A stretch of DNA of 64,000 nt from Nibricoccus sp. (GTDB taxonomy: Bacteria > Verrucomicrobiota > Verrucomicrobiia > Opitutales > Opitutaceae). Positions 39,474 through 48,880 of the stretch are shown here, piece by piece (position 1 is the stretch's first letter; every line of letters begins with the position of its first letter). Where the stretch lies: NCBI GenBank assembly GCA_047602425.1, contig JASGHG010000001.1, forward strand, positions 736,001-800,000, read 5' to 3'. Below the pieces are notes generated by a model. It was not told the origin of the DNA, ran no database searches, and saw nothing but the letters and a program-made list of their open reading frames with translations. A program made the translations under genes and the position numbers.

Positions 39474-40832
39474 TTACTTAAGGCCGAGCTTCTTCACGAC
39501 CCAGGCGTTGATCGCCTCCCACTGTTCGGGCGTATAACTATGCGCCAGTTCCAAAGTCAGGCCCAGTTCCTTCGGCGCCGTGATGACATTGTAAGCCGCG
39601 TAAATCGAAGTCGGCGGACAAACATCGTCGTTGTAGCCCCACGTGTAATAGCCGGACACTTTGAGCCGGCGCGCGAAGTTCACTGTGTCATAATAAGTGG
39701 TTGTAGCGATTTTGGCCGGCGTCGCATGAAACGAGGGCGCACCCGAATTTGCATCGGGTTGGAAAGGACGCGGCCAGCCGCCCGCCCGGCCATTGAGATC
39801 GCCTGTAACGTCGCAAAATGCCGGGTGCGTCGCGCACAAGCCGGTGACGCGCGGATCCAGCGCCGCCGTTACAATTGTAAGCTGTCCGCCCTGGCTTGCG
39901 CCCATCACGAGCAAGTTTTTGCCGTCCCAATTTTCGCGGCTGGTGAGAAAATCGTTTGCGCGGATGCAACTCAGATAAACGCGCCGGTAGTAGAACGTAT
40001 CTTTGTTGTCCAAATTGAAGAGCCAATAGTAACAAAGCGGACCGGCGAAGAGTGCGTCGTAAACTTCCTGCGCCATATTGACCGGCACGCCGTGAATCCC
40101 GATCTCCAGCGTGATCACTCCACGCGCCGCCAACCCTTTGTCCCCGGCGTAGGGCCGGATGCCGGCTCCCGGGACTTTCAAAACCGCCGGATAACGACCT
40201 GGCACCTTGGGTTCGCACAAAATGCCATAAATACGACTTGGTACCGTCGTCCAGTTCGGCCCAACCGTGCGAAAATTCACGTGGTAGACGTTGACGGTGT
40301 CCGTGCAAGCATCGGGCAAAAGCGTGAGCCGCGGTTCGATTGGCAACTTCGACAATTCATCCTTGCCCGCCTGCCAGAATGCATCGAAATCCGCCGGCTC
40401 GGTTTGCGTCGGCGCGATTTTCTCCGGCGAAAATGCCGCCGTCGCCACGCCCTTCGTTGTGCGCCCAGCCACTTCGGTCGTCACCGTGCACCGCAGAAAA
40501 CCCGGTTGCTTCAACGTACCGCCCTCGATGACGAGCCCATCCAGTGGAACTTGCGCGGTCTTCTTCTCGGTCGGCATCATTTCCTGTCCGACCGTGTATT
40601 GAATGGTCGCATTTTCCAGCGGCTCGTTGTCCGCCGTAACCGTTACTTTGAAACGGGCCACCTCACCCAGTTTATAGGTCCAATCACGACGATCAGGCGC
40701 GACGCGCACCTGCACCGCGGCGACACGCGCGTTGGCACCCGGCGGCACCGGCGTGATCGGTTCAGCTGACGTCCCGGGCAGAGCGGTGCAGACAAGCGCG
40801 GCGAGGCAAAGGAAGATTCTGGGGTATGACAT
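39474..40832 (-). CDS. Exported acetyl esterase, CE7/AXE1 family
   Basis: Signal peptide, EPADFDAFW, GASQGG nucleophile elbow, DDVCPP, C-terminal His. Confidence 0.88.
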   Translation of the reverse strand: MSYPRIFLCLAALVCTALPGTSAEPITPVPPGANARVAAVQVRVAPDRRDWTYKLGEVARFKVTVTADNEPLENATIQYTVGQEMMPTEKKTAQVPLDGLVIEGGTLKQPGFLRCTVTTEVAGRTTKGVATAAFSPEKIAPTQTEPADFDAFWQAGKDELSKLPIEPRLTLLPDACTDTVNVYHVNFRTVGPNWTTVPSRIYGILCEPKVPGRYPAVLKVPGAGIRPYAGDKGLAARGVITLEIGIHGVPVNMAQEVYDALFAGPLCYYWLFNLDNKDTFYYRRVYLSCIRANDFLTSRENWDGKNLLVMGASQGGQLTIVTAALDPRVTGLCATHPAFCDVTGDLNGRAGGWPRPFQPDANSGAPSFHATPAKIATTTYYDTVNFARRLKVSGYYTWGYNDDVCPPTSIYAAYNVITAPKELGLTLELAHSYTPEQWEAINAWVVKKLGLK

Positions 40833-41230
40833 GGCGAAAGAGCTACAGGCTTTGCCATCGCACGAGATCCTAGCAAACCGGAAAAACTTAACTCATTCGC
40901 CTCCATCCTAATCCACTCAAAGTATCCAATATTCACATACTTCTATTTTATAGTTACTTATGAATGTTCACCCAGTTTTAAAAATGCCGCGTTACCGCAA
41001 AGGATCATAAAAGCACAACGCTGGATCTTCGGCTGCCGCCAAATGCATCCTCCGCGTTCAAACTCCCAAAAAAGGACCGGGCCGGGCCATTTCCCGCCGG
41101 CGGATCCAATTCGTGTCCTGTGTAGATGCACGCAATCGCCGAAGTAGCGCAGGCATACTCCGGGCCCATTTTGCGAACGCCCGCATGCAACGGCCAATTG
41201 TACGTCCGAACAGTCGGTTCCCGTGTGGAC

Positions 41231-41276
41231 AAAAAATGTCCGCTCTTGGCGGCACATCACAACCGCCAAGAGCGGA
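41231..41276 (-). terminator. Intrinsic terminator downstream of yciF
   Basis: 14-bp stem TCCGCTCTTGGCGG/CCGCCAAGAGCGGA (41239-41276) followed by CATTTTTT on the minus strand. Confidence 0.75.
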
Positions 41277-41361
41277 GTCTTCCGGGTGGCCCCATGGCAT
41301 CACCCTCATCGACGTATCACCGCAGAACCTGGAAACCAGGCTTCTGCGTAATTCCATGCGT

Positions 41362-41880
41362 TTAATCGACGTCCTCTTTCTCCGGCACCATCATGTTGGC
41401 GTCTTCGTTCACCGAATCGGAGAGGTCGGTGAGGATTTTGTCGGTTTGTTTCTCTTCGTCCAAAGTGGCCTGCAAGAGTTCAACGACTTCGCTCTCCCCG
41501 ACCACTTCCGCAAAATTGCGGGCCGTGCCATAGGCGGCCATTTCGTAGTGTTCGACCCGTTGCGCCGCGCCGATGAGACAGGCGTCGCGAATGGAATCGG
41601 GACCTTCGAGATCAATGGCCTCCTCGCCTTCCGCCACGAGGCCATCCATCGCTTTGCAGGTTTTGCCACGGGCAGGCACGCCGAGTTTTTCAAATACTTC
41701 CTCCAAACGGGCGACGTGATTTTTTGTCTCTTCCAAATGGGTTGTGAATCCTTGCTTCAGGTCTTCGTTGGTGGCGGCGCGGGCCATTTTCGGCAGGGCC
41801 TTGAGTAATTGTTTTTCCGCATCATAGAGATCTTTGACTTCATCTATGAGCAGTTCCCTGAGTGAGTTGATCGTCGACAT
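41362..41880 (-). CDS. yciF: YciE/YciF ferritin-like stress protein (DUF892)
   Basis: DLYDAEKQ, HLEETKNHVARLE, CKAMDGLVAEG, AQRVEHYEMAAYGT, LDEEKQTD. Confidence 0.92.
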   Translation of the reverse strand: MSTINSLRELLIDEVKDLYDAEKQLLKALPKMARAATNEDLKQGFTTHLEETKNHVARLEEVFEKLGVPARGKTCKAMDGLVAEGEEAIDLEGPDSIRDACLIGAAQRVEHYEMAAYGTARNFAEVVGESEVVELLQATLDEEKQTDKILTDLSDSVNEDANMMVPEKEDVD

Positions 41881-42178
41881 AATAATTTCGGGTTAATGGT
41901 TTCTTAAAAAAGCACCGGTGATCGGCACGTCGCGCTACTATAGATCCATCGCCTGTCACCCTTAAATCCGGGGAAATCCCCGACGGTCGTACCGAAATTA
42001 TCGTACGCCCCTTCGTCCTTTGCCCCATAACGAGATAACTGCTGAAAACGCCTTTTGCGATACGCGTCGCGAAAAGCCCACTTGCCCGCATCCGCGCATT
42101 GCATTCTGCCTTTTCAATTGAGCGCCCACTTCAAAGTAGGTCGCCCAAGTGCTTGTCCTCCATGCACCGCCGTCAGCG

Positions 42179-42193
42179 TGGCATGCAGCGCGC
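42179..42193 (+). promoter_or_regulatory. Candidate sigma54 -24/-12 promoter upstream of the NRAMP/response regulator/kinase genes
   Basis: TGGCATGCAGCGCGC (GG-N10-GC), close in sequence to the 53269 site (TGGCATGC....GCGTAG). The -12 element is weak. Confidence 0.4.
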
Positions 42194-42321
42194 GTAGCGG
42201 AAAAGCCTTCCGCCTCCGCCACTTCTTTTTCCCCATATCTTCGTTTTCTCAGCGGGAAATTGTCGATGCGATGTAGTTTCGGCGTTTTCCAGCGAAACAA
42301 AAAAACTTAAAGTTCACTGTC

Positions 42322-43639
42322 ATGCCCGACCTCGGCTCCAAAGTCGCCGCACCCCCGAAGCCGCGGTCAAACTATCCCAAAAAAGAGCGGAGTATTCTAA
42401 AACTCCTCGGGCCGGGACTCGTCACCGGCGCGGCCAGCGACGACCCAAGCAGAATCGCTACATGCTCTCAAGCGGGCGCCCAATTTGGATACACCACGCT
42501 CTGGACGATGCTGCTGTCCTACCCGCTGATGAGCGCAGTGCAAATGATCAGTGCGCAAATCGGCCGCGTCACCGGGCATGGGATTGCCGGCAACATGCGG
42601 CAGATTTGCCCGCCGTGGTTTTGCGCCGCCATGGTCGGGGCGGTGATTTTGGTCAATATCGTCAATATCGCGGCCAATGTTTCCGCGATGGGCGCGAGCC
42701 GTCGCCCTCGTCGCGGGCGGTCCAGCGCCTCTCTATGGCATCGCGCTATCAGTCGGCTCGCTCCTTCTTCAAGTCTGTATGCCGTATAGTCGTTATGTAA
42801 AGGTGCTGAAATGGCTGTGCCTGGTGCTGTTCAGTTACGTCGCGACTGCTTTTATTATAAAGATTCCTTGGCGGACAGCTTTGATATATACGTTCATCCC
42901 GCATTGGGAACTCACGCCGGAATTCCTCACCGTGATCGCCGCCATCTTTGGAACCACCATTAGTCCGTATCTATTTTTTTGGCAGGCTTCCCAGGAGGTT
43001 GAGGAGGTGCGAATCAATCGGGACGTCAAACCGCTGACCAAGGACCCGTCGCATGCTTCCGTTCACTTTGGCAGGATCGAAATGGATACCCGCGTCGGCA
43101 TGGCGATCTCCAATCTTGTGGCCTACTTCATCATCCTCACCGCGGCCGCCACGCTCCATGCCACAAATACGGGCGAACTGAAATCCGCGGCGGACGCGGC
43201 CCAGGCGCTCAAGCCCGTCGCGGGGACATTCGCCTTCGTTCTCTTTTCGCTGGGCATCGTGGGCACGGGCTTCCTGGCTTTGCCGGTGCTGGCCGGTTCG
43301 GCGGCGTATGGCTTGGCGGAGTCGCTCGGTTGGAGAAACAGCCTAGAAGTAAAACCCGTTCGGGCCAAACGATTCTATTTCGCACTCACCGCGGTCATGC
43401 TTGTCGGAACCGCGCTGGTTTTCGTCCCCATCGATCCGATCAAGGCGCTTGTCTGGGCCGCCGTCCTGAACGGGTTGATCGCGCCTCCCTTGATGGCCAC
43501 GATGATGATGATTGCTGCAAATCGTTCGCTGATGAAATCCTTTGTGCTGCCACCGCGACTAAAGGCCGTGGGCTGGATCGCAACCGCGACCATGACAGCC
43601 GTCGCCGCCCTCATTGTTGGCGGGTGGTTTTCGCGTTGA
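42322..43639 (+). pseudogene. NRAMP-family divalent metal transporter, frameshifted near 42697
   Basis: 5' ORF has LGPGLVTGAASDDPSRIATCSQAGAQFGY. The 3' ORF in the +1 frame has GTTISPYLFFWQ and GTGFLALPVLAGS. One extra base at MGA-a-AVALV. Confidence 0.75.
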
Positions 43640-43710
43640 GGCAATGTATGCGCGCTCCTTGCGATGTGAATTTTTCCGGCTATAAGCTTATGCGGCGCCC
43701 GCCGCCTTCG

Positions 43711-44079
43711 ATGAAAATCTTAATCGTAGATGACCGCCCCAATCTCGCGCGCGTTACCATTTTCGCGCTGCGCGGACTTGGTTGCGAAGCCCTCTGGGCG
43801 CGCTCCGTGGCGGAAGCCGAGTCGTGCCTAGAAAATTCCGACATGGACGCCGTTTTTCTCGATGTGAATCTGGATCAGGAAAATGGCTTCGATTACCTGT
43901 CACGACTGGTTGTTCAGCGCCCGCAACTTCCTGTGATCATGTTTTCGGCCCAATCCAGGGACGAGATCCTCGAAGAATCGAATCAACGCGGCGCCTTTGG
44001 CTGCATCACAAAACCGTTCGGACTCGAGGAACTTCGCGCGATGATAAACCGGTTGCAGTTGCATGCCTCTTCACGGTGA
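43711..44079 (+). CDS. Single-domain response regulator receiver
   Basis: MKILIVDD, VFLDVNL (phospho-Asp), FSA, KPF. Real start at ATG 43711. Confidence 0.88.
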   Translation: MKILIVDDRPNLARVTIFALRGLGCEALWARSVAEAESCLENSDMDAVFLDVNLDQENGFDYLSRLVVQRPQLPVIMFSAQSRDEILEESNQRGAFGCITKPFGLEELRAMINRLQLHASSR

Positions 44080-44090
44080 GAGTTCGTTGA

Positions 44091-45098
44091 ATGACACATA
44101 AAATTCGCGCAATTCTCGTCGGACCGCTGCCTGTCGACAATGCGGTTGTGAAGCACGCCTTGGAAACAGCTTTCGGCGAAATACAGGTGACCTCCGCCCA
44201 GTCGTATTCCAACACAGAACCGGCGGAGGTGGTCGTAGCGGCCTTTCCGGCCGCAAACACAATCGACAAGACCCTCGCCGACATGAACCATCATATACCG
44301 GGAGCTTTTCTGATTGGGCTTGGCGCGGGCGTTCTTGAAAACGGCGAAGCGATTGATGAAAGCGAATGGACGGCGACCAATCTCTCCCGCGCGTTTCGCG
44401 CCGCACGACAAATGCATGAGCTTCGCACCGAGAATCGCCGACTGAAGGGCGATTTACTCACGACTGCCCGCCGCCTGAGCCACGATCTGCGGTCACCGTT
44501 AGGCTGCATTCACACCAATGGCGACATGATCAAAGAACTCGGTTCGGCGGCCCTCGACGACGCTACGCTGCGCGAGTCCGCGGGGTTGATCCTTGATTCC
44601 GCAAAAGAAGCCACGGCGCTCATCAACCGCGTTTCCTTGGTCCTGCGAGCTTCAACGGAAACTCCAAAGTTGGAACCCGTCGACAGCGGAGCGACGCTGA
44701 AAGAAGCCCTCGCATCCCTGAAGGCGACAACCCCGGCCCTCTCCCTTCCAAAAACGTGGCCGCGCGTCCTGGCCGTGCCGCCGTGGCTGATTGCCATTTG
44801 GACCAATCTCCTCGACAACGCCGTCCGTCACGGCGGCCCGGAGGTTAAAATCGATGTTAGTTGGCGGGAAATTTCCGCCATTGTTCATTTTTCCGTCACC
44901 GATAATGGGCCCGGTGTGCCGAACCAACAAGTCCCTGCACTTTTCAGGCCGTTTGAACGGTTGCATGCCAGCCAAAGTGGCGGTCTTGGCCTGTCGATTG
45001 TGCATCGTTTTGTCACGAGGATGGGCGGGACTTGTGCCTACGTACAGCCGCCTGAAGGCGGCGCGTGCTTCACCTTCAGCCTTTCGAGCGCCGCATGA
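44091..45098 (+). CDS. Cytoplasmic sensor histidine kinase
   Basis: H-box SHDLRSPL, N-box NLLDNAVRH, DNGPG, F-box LFRPF, GGLGLSIV. No TM segment. Confidence 0.88.
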   Translation: MTHKIRAILVGPLPVDNAVVKHALETAFGEIQVTSAQSYSNTEPAEVVVAAFPAANTIDKTLADMNHHIPGAFLIGLGAGVLENGEAIDESEWTATNLSRAFRAARQMHELRTENRRLKGDLLTTARRLSHDLRSPLGCIHTNGDMIKELGSAALDDATLRESAGLILDSAKEATALINRVSLVLRASTETPKLEPVDSGATLKEALASLKATTPALSLPKTWPRVLAVPPWLIAIWTNLLDNAVRHGGPEVKIDVSWREISAIVHFSVTDNGPGVPNQQVPALFRPFERLHASQSGGLGLSIVHRFVTRMGGTCAYVQPPEGGACFTFSLSSAA

Positions 45099-45104
45099 GT
45101 GGAC

Positions 45105-45614
45105 TTATTTTCGTCGAATCACACTCACCTGTCCGTTCCGTTCGAAACGGGCCTCCTCGATCCCAGCCACGTCGGCAGTGTTTCCGTTCAAGCGTAGATT
45201 TTCATCCAGGTCTTCCGCGCTGATTTTGTTCTTCTCCAAAACCCGGTGGTCCAACTGCCCGTTTTTAACGACGATCTCCGGCACGCCCTTCAGCCAGAGT
45301 GAAACCACATGATATCGGCAAGCCAGCGTGCTGACAACCCGGTGAAGAACGACGAGGAGAAACGACACACCCAGCGTGGGAAGAAATGCAGCCTGGCCGT
45401 TGATACCGCGGCTCAATACCGAGCCCAAGACGACGCCCAAAAGAACGTCGAACCCGGCGTTTCTTCCCAGAAATCTTCGATCGGCGAAGCGCACCAGAAA
45501 CACGCCGAAAATAAAAACCGCTACTCCACGCGAACCCATTTGTAACAAGGTGAGATCCTGCGGCGGCGTATTCAGCCCGAAAAGTTGATAAAAAAACATA
45601 ACCGGTAAGTTCAT
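45105..45614 (-). CDS. DUF421/YetF family membrane protein
   Basis: Three TM segments, FDVLLGVVLGS, KGVPEIVVKNG, ARFERNGQVSV. Confidence 0.82.
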   Translation of the reverse strand: MNLPVMFFYQLFGLNTPPQDLTLLQMGSRGVAVFIFGVFLVRFADRRFLGRNAGFDVLLGVVLGSVLSRGINGQAAFLPTLGVSFLLVVLHRVVSTLACRYHVVSLWLKGVPEIVVKNGQLDHRVLEKNKISAEDLDENLRLNGNTADVAGIEEARFERNGQVSVIRRK

Positions 45615-45689
45615 AGACTACGACAGACGCATCGATGGCGGAAACGTTCCGGTCCCACGCCGTGCGGATGGCCTATTAAATATACAATC

Positions 45690-46157
45690 ATGCATCCACA
45701 CCGAGCTCTTATCATTGTCGACGTCCAAAAAGCATTCGCTCCACCGCCGCAATACGTGGAGAAATTAAGGCGCTATTCCCGGCGTTTCCCTTGCCGAATT
45801 TTCACGCGCTTCATCAATCCAAAGGGCTCTCTTTTTCGGACGGTTCTCAAACAAAAATCCTGCCTGCCGGGTTCCGAGGATACCCGCCTGCTGATCGAGC
45901 CGCTTCCGGACGACATCGTCATCGAAAAGAATGGCTATGGGTTGAAACCCGCCGACATCGCTGCAATTCGCTCGCGGAAAATCACCAAGGTTACGGTATG
46001 CGGGCTCGATACGGATGCCTGCGTCCTCGGTGTGATGTTTTCGCTGTTCGATGCTGGCATCGAATGCCATTTGAAAGAAGCCATGTGCTGGAGCTCCACC
46101 GGTCTTCACAAACCCGCCCTGCAAATCGCCCGCGCGCAGTTTCCGGAAACCCGTTAA
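45690..46157 (+). CDS. Isochorismatase-like cysteine hydrolase
   Basis: ALIIVDVQKAF, IEKNGY and CGLDTDACV give the D-K-C triad. Confidence 0.85.
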   Translation: MHPHRALIIVDVQKAFAPPPQYVEKLRRYSRRFPCRIFTRFINPKGSLFRTVLKQKSCLPGSEDTRLLIEPLPDDIVIEKNGYGLKPADIAAIRSRKITKVTVCGLDTDACVLGVMFSLFDAGIECHLKEAMCWSSTGLHKPALQIARAQFPETR

Positions 46158-46260
46158 AATGGAAACACGGGAAAAGCACGGACGCACGCAGCGGGTATGC
46201 CTCCGATGGATCAGCTTCGCGCCTTCGGATATCCTATAGGAGCCCAGAATAGGGCGCACT

Positions 46261-46722
46261 ATGAAAAATATAAAACGCCCCACTTCCCTCTTTATAATCT
46301 CCCTGCTCCTGTCCGCGGCGTGCCCCTCTTGGGCAATCGTCGAAGAGCCGACTCCCGGCGCCGGGACGGCAACCACACCGACACCCGAAACGGCCACCGC
46401 ACAGTGGGATGAAATCAAAACTTCAACCTTCGACCAGAGGGAAAAATATTTCGCGGGCTTGAAAAAGCTTTCGGCCATTGTCGATGCGCAAGTCGACGAT
46501 CTACAAGCCAAACGCCGCATGCTGGCCAACCGGAGCGAAACCGTCGACTGGGATTTGGCGATCAAGGAATTTCTCACCACGCGCGATTACTTCAAATCGT
46601 TGTCGCGCGATGCGACAAAGGCGACGGTGAACGATTGGGATCAAACGAAGGAAAAAGTCACCCAGGCGTGGACCCAAGCCCAGAGCGCTTATGACAAGGC
46701 GCGGTTAAGTACGCCCAAATGA
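46261..46722 (+). CDS. Secreted coiled-coil protein, resembles Sll1863-type stress proteins
   Basis: Signal peptide, Pro/Thr linker, amphipathic helices ending DWDQTKEKVTQAWTQAQSAYDKA. Confidence 0.65.
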   Translation: MKNIKRPTSLFIISLLLSAACPSWAIVEEPTPGAGTATTPTPETATAQWDEIKTSTFDQREKYFAGLKKLSAIVDAQVDDLQAKRRMLANRSETVDWDLAIKEFLTTRDYFKSLSRDATKATVNDWDQTKEKVTQAWTQAQSAYDKARLSTPK

Positions 46723-46781
46723 CGGTCCGTTGGTAGTCGAAAATATGCGCGTATTGGATGCGCATTCTCGATCGCGCGGGC

Positions 46782-46951
46782 TAGAGCATTTTTAAAAATG
46801 TCATAGCCGGACAACTCCGGCTGTAGGGGCGCAGTCTTGCTGTGCCCGGTTTGGCTCCGCCTCAGAAAGGATGCAGCTAGACTGCGCCCCTACGAAGACA
46901 GCTCGGTTTGTAACACCGATTTACGGCTACAGTTTTATTGTGTGTGCTCTA
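46782..46951. mobile_element. Possible MITE (170 bp) with TAGAGCA...TGCTCTA termini
   Basis: 7-bp terminal inverted repeats beginning and ending in TA, additional nested TAGCCG/CGGCTA repeat, located between convergent genes. Single copy in the window. Confidence 0.35.
46823..46893. repeat. GTAG-family REP doublet (REPIN-like inverted pair)
   Basis: GTAGGGGCGCAGTCT (46823-46837) and its exact reverse complement AGACTGCGCCCCTAC (46879-46893). Each unit is a GTAG tetranucleotide plus an imperfect palindrome. Confidence 0.7.
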
Positions 46952-47017
46952 ACGGCTGGCGATTAATATTGAGCAGTCTTCGGAACTGCTCTTCACCGCC
47001 AAAACTTTTCCGCCTTA

Positions 47018-47746
47018 TTAATCTTCGATGGCGTTTTCCAAACGCGCCCAACGGATGGCGTGGCGCAACAAACCTGCGCCGTTTTTGAGGTTCAATTTGA
47101 TTTTCAGATGCTCGCGGTAGGAATCGATGGTCTTCGGACTGAGTTTCAGTCGGCGTGCGATTTCCTTCGTCGTAAAGCCGTTTCCGATCAGCTGAAAGAC
47201 CTCGATCTCGCGGTCGCTCAAAGTATCGAGCGGAAAATCGGCTTCTTCTTTTTTCCCCTGGCTGAGCAAACTGGCGAGCAGGTTCTTCTGCATCAGTTCG
47301 CTCAAATAAATACCACCTCCGAGGATCGTCCGAATGGCGGGAAGAATGTGTTCGGTCGCTTCCTTTTTCATTAAATACCCGCGGGCGCCGGCACGCAACG
47401 CCCTCTCCGCGTACACACGCTCGTCGTGCATCGACATCGCCAGGATGTTCAACGTCGGCATCAGCGCCAGGACGTTTTTGATGAGCTCAATGCCATTGCT
47501 CGTCTTGAGGGAGATATCCGTGACGAGGACCGAGGGACGTGCATTGGGAATGGAACTGAGCGCGGTCGGTGCATCGTCCGCCTCGCCGCACACGGTGAGA
47601 TCCGGCTCGCGATTGATGATCGCACTCAAACCGGCCCGGGTGATGGGATGATCCTCCACGATGAACACGCGATGTGTCTTGGTTTCTGTTTCGGCAGTAT
47701 TTTCCGGCGTGGCCACGTCGCCAATATTTTGTGTTTTTGTGCTCAT
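47018..47746 (-). CDS. NarL/LuxR family DNA-binding response regulator
   Basis: VFIVEDH, LVTDISL, SMH, GYLMK and HTH LSDREIEVFQLIGNGFTTKEIARRLKLSPKTIDSYR. Confidence 0.92.
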   Translation of the reverse strand: MSTKTQNIGDVATPENTAETETKTHRVFIVEDHPITRAGLSAIINREPDLTVCGEADDAPTALSSIPNARPSVLVTDISLKTSNGIELIKNVLALMPTLNILAMSMHDERVYAERALRAGARGYLMKKEATEHILPAIRTILGGGIYLSELMQKNLLASLLSQGKKEEADFPLDTLSDREIEVFQLIGNGFTTKEIARRLKLSPKTIDSYREHLKIKLNLKNGAGLLRHAIRWARLENAIED

Positions 47747-47772
47747 GTTTCGTAAGATGTCAGGGGAAAGCC

Positions 47773-48597
47773 TCAGGCTTTCGCGCTTATATGTTCTGTT
47801 TGAGACGAGAGGTAGCTGATAAGTTTTTGCGGTGTCATCGACTGTCGCGCTTCTTCCTCCTCGACGGATTCCCCTTCGCGCGCGACGACCGGTAGTATCA
47901 GTGTGAGGGTGCATCGGGCGCCCGCCTTGCCCTCATCGCTTCTGATGTCCAGTTGTCCTCCCAACAATCGAGCTAGCTTTGCGGCTGTATAAAGCGTCGT
48001 GCCTTTGCTCGGTGGAGAATGTTTCGCTGGAAAATGACTGAGCGCCTTTTGAATTGCTTCGCCGCCGATTCCATCTCCCGCATCGCTCACGGAAATCTCT
48101 ACATTGTTTCCACGGCGCACACATGAAACCCCGACGGTGGCGCCGCGCGGACTTCGCGCAATGGCGTTTCCAACCATGCTGCCCGCGACTTGTTTCAACC
48201 GGCGCGGGTCCGCCAACACGATCCCCACCTCTGGGTCTAGATCTCCGTGCAACTTCAGCGCCATATCGTCCGCCAATTGTTTGAAGTTTTCGATGACGCC
48301 CGACAGCACCTCCGCAAAGTCCACTCGTTCCGGTTTCAAGACCACGCGGCCCGTGGCAATGCGCGAGGTGTCGACGATATCCTCAATGATCGCAAGTTGC
48401 TCCTCCACGCATTCGCGAATCGCCTGCAAACCATCTCTCAGTTCCTGCGGCGGCACTTCGTCCTGCTCCGACAGAACCTTCGTCCAGAGAAGGATCGCCG
48501 ACAGCGGTGTCCCGAGGTCGTGGGAAATGCTGGTCAGGAGTCCGTGGGTGATGTCAGCCACCTCACTGGCGGCTGGCGGATTTACCGTTGGGTTCAT
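47773..48597 (-). CDS. Sensor-less histidine kinase with degenerate G2 box
   Basis: H-box SHDLGTPL about 20 aa from the start, ADPRRLKQV..GNA, SDAGDGI. G2 reads KGTTL. Confidence 0.8.
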   Translation of the reverse strand: MNPTVNPPAASEVADITHGLLTSISHDLGTPLSAILLWTKVLSEQDEVPPQELRDGLQAIRECVEEQLAIIEDIVDTSRIATGRVVLKPERVDFAEVLSGVIENFKQLADDMALKLHGDLDPEVGIVLADPRRLKQVAGSMVGNAIARSPRGATVGVSCVRRGNNVEISVSDAGDGIGGEAIQKALSHFPAKHSPPSKGTTLYTAAKLARLLGGQLDIRSDEGKAGARCTLTLILPVVAREGESVEEEEARQSMTPQKLISYLSSQTEHISAKA

Positions 48598-48880
48598 GAT
48601 GGTTATCGTGTTTTCCTGCCAAACGCAGGCTGAGCAGCGGTTTGATGATCTTGAAAATTGACGAACCAAGCGCCATGCTTCTCGCCAGTTGGCCGATCCG
48701 GCCGGGGAAATATTGCGTGACGGACAATGCCCGGCCGATCGCGCGGGCGGACAGTCCCGCGATAAGCGGCTCCGGTTCGGGAGGAGGTTGCAGCACAAGC
48801 TTCAGATAAAGCCGGTCCAACTCGCAGATGAGCGCGAGCTGATGGATGCGTTCTTCAGCATTGACCTTAGGCGTCGCCAT
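48563..48880 (-). CDS. YqjK-like protein
   Basis: Position after yqjD-yqjE and N-terminal QLALICELDRL motif. Overlaps both neighbours. Confidence 0.55.
   Translation of the reverse strand: MATPKVNAEERIHQLALICELDRLYLKLVLQPPPEPEPLIAGLSARAIGRALSVTQYFPGRIGQLARSMALGSSIFKIIKPLLSLRLAGKHDNHHEPNGKSASRQ

Noticed and set aside
14683..40769. Long antisense ORFs (e.g. 14683-16161, 24924-26579, 31558-33459, 34606-35871, 37159-38646, 39429-40769)
   Set aside because: Each lies opposite a well-supported gene and shows no recognisable motifs. Such shadow frames are expected in GC-rich coding DNA.
40833..41230. About 400-bp gap between the mannan locus and the stress island as a possible ncRNA, tRNA or integration site
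   Set aside because: No cloverleaf, riboswitch consensus, direct repeat or integrase was recognised. The short ORFs here lack convincing features. It is most simply a promoter region.
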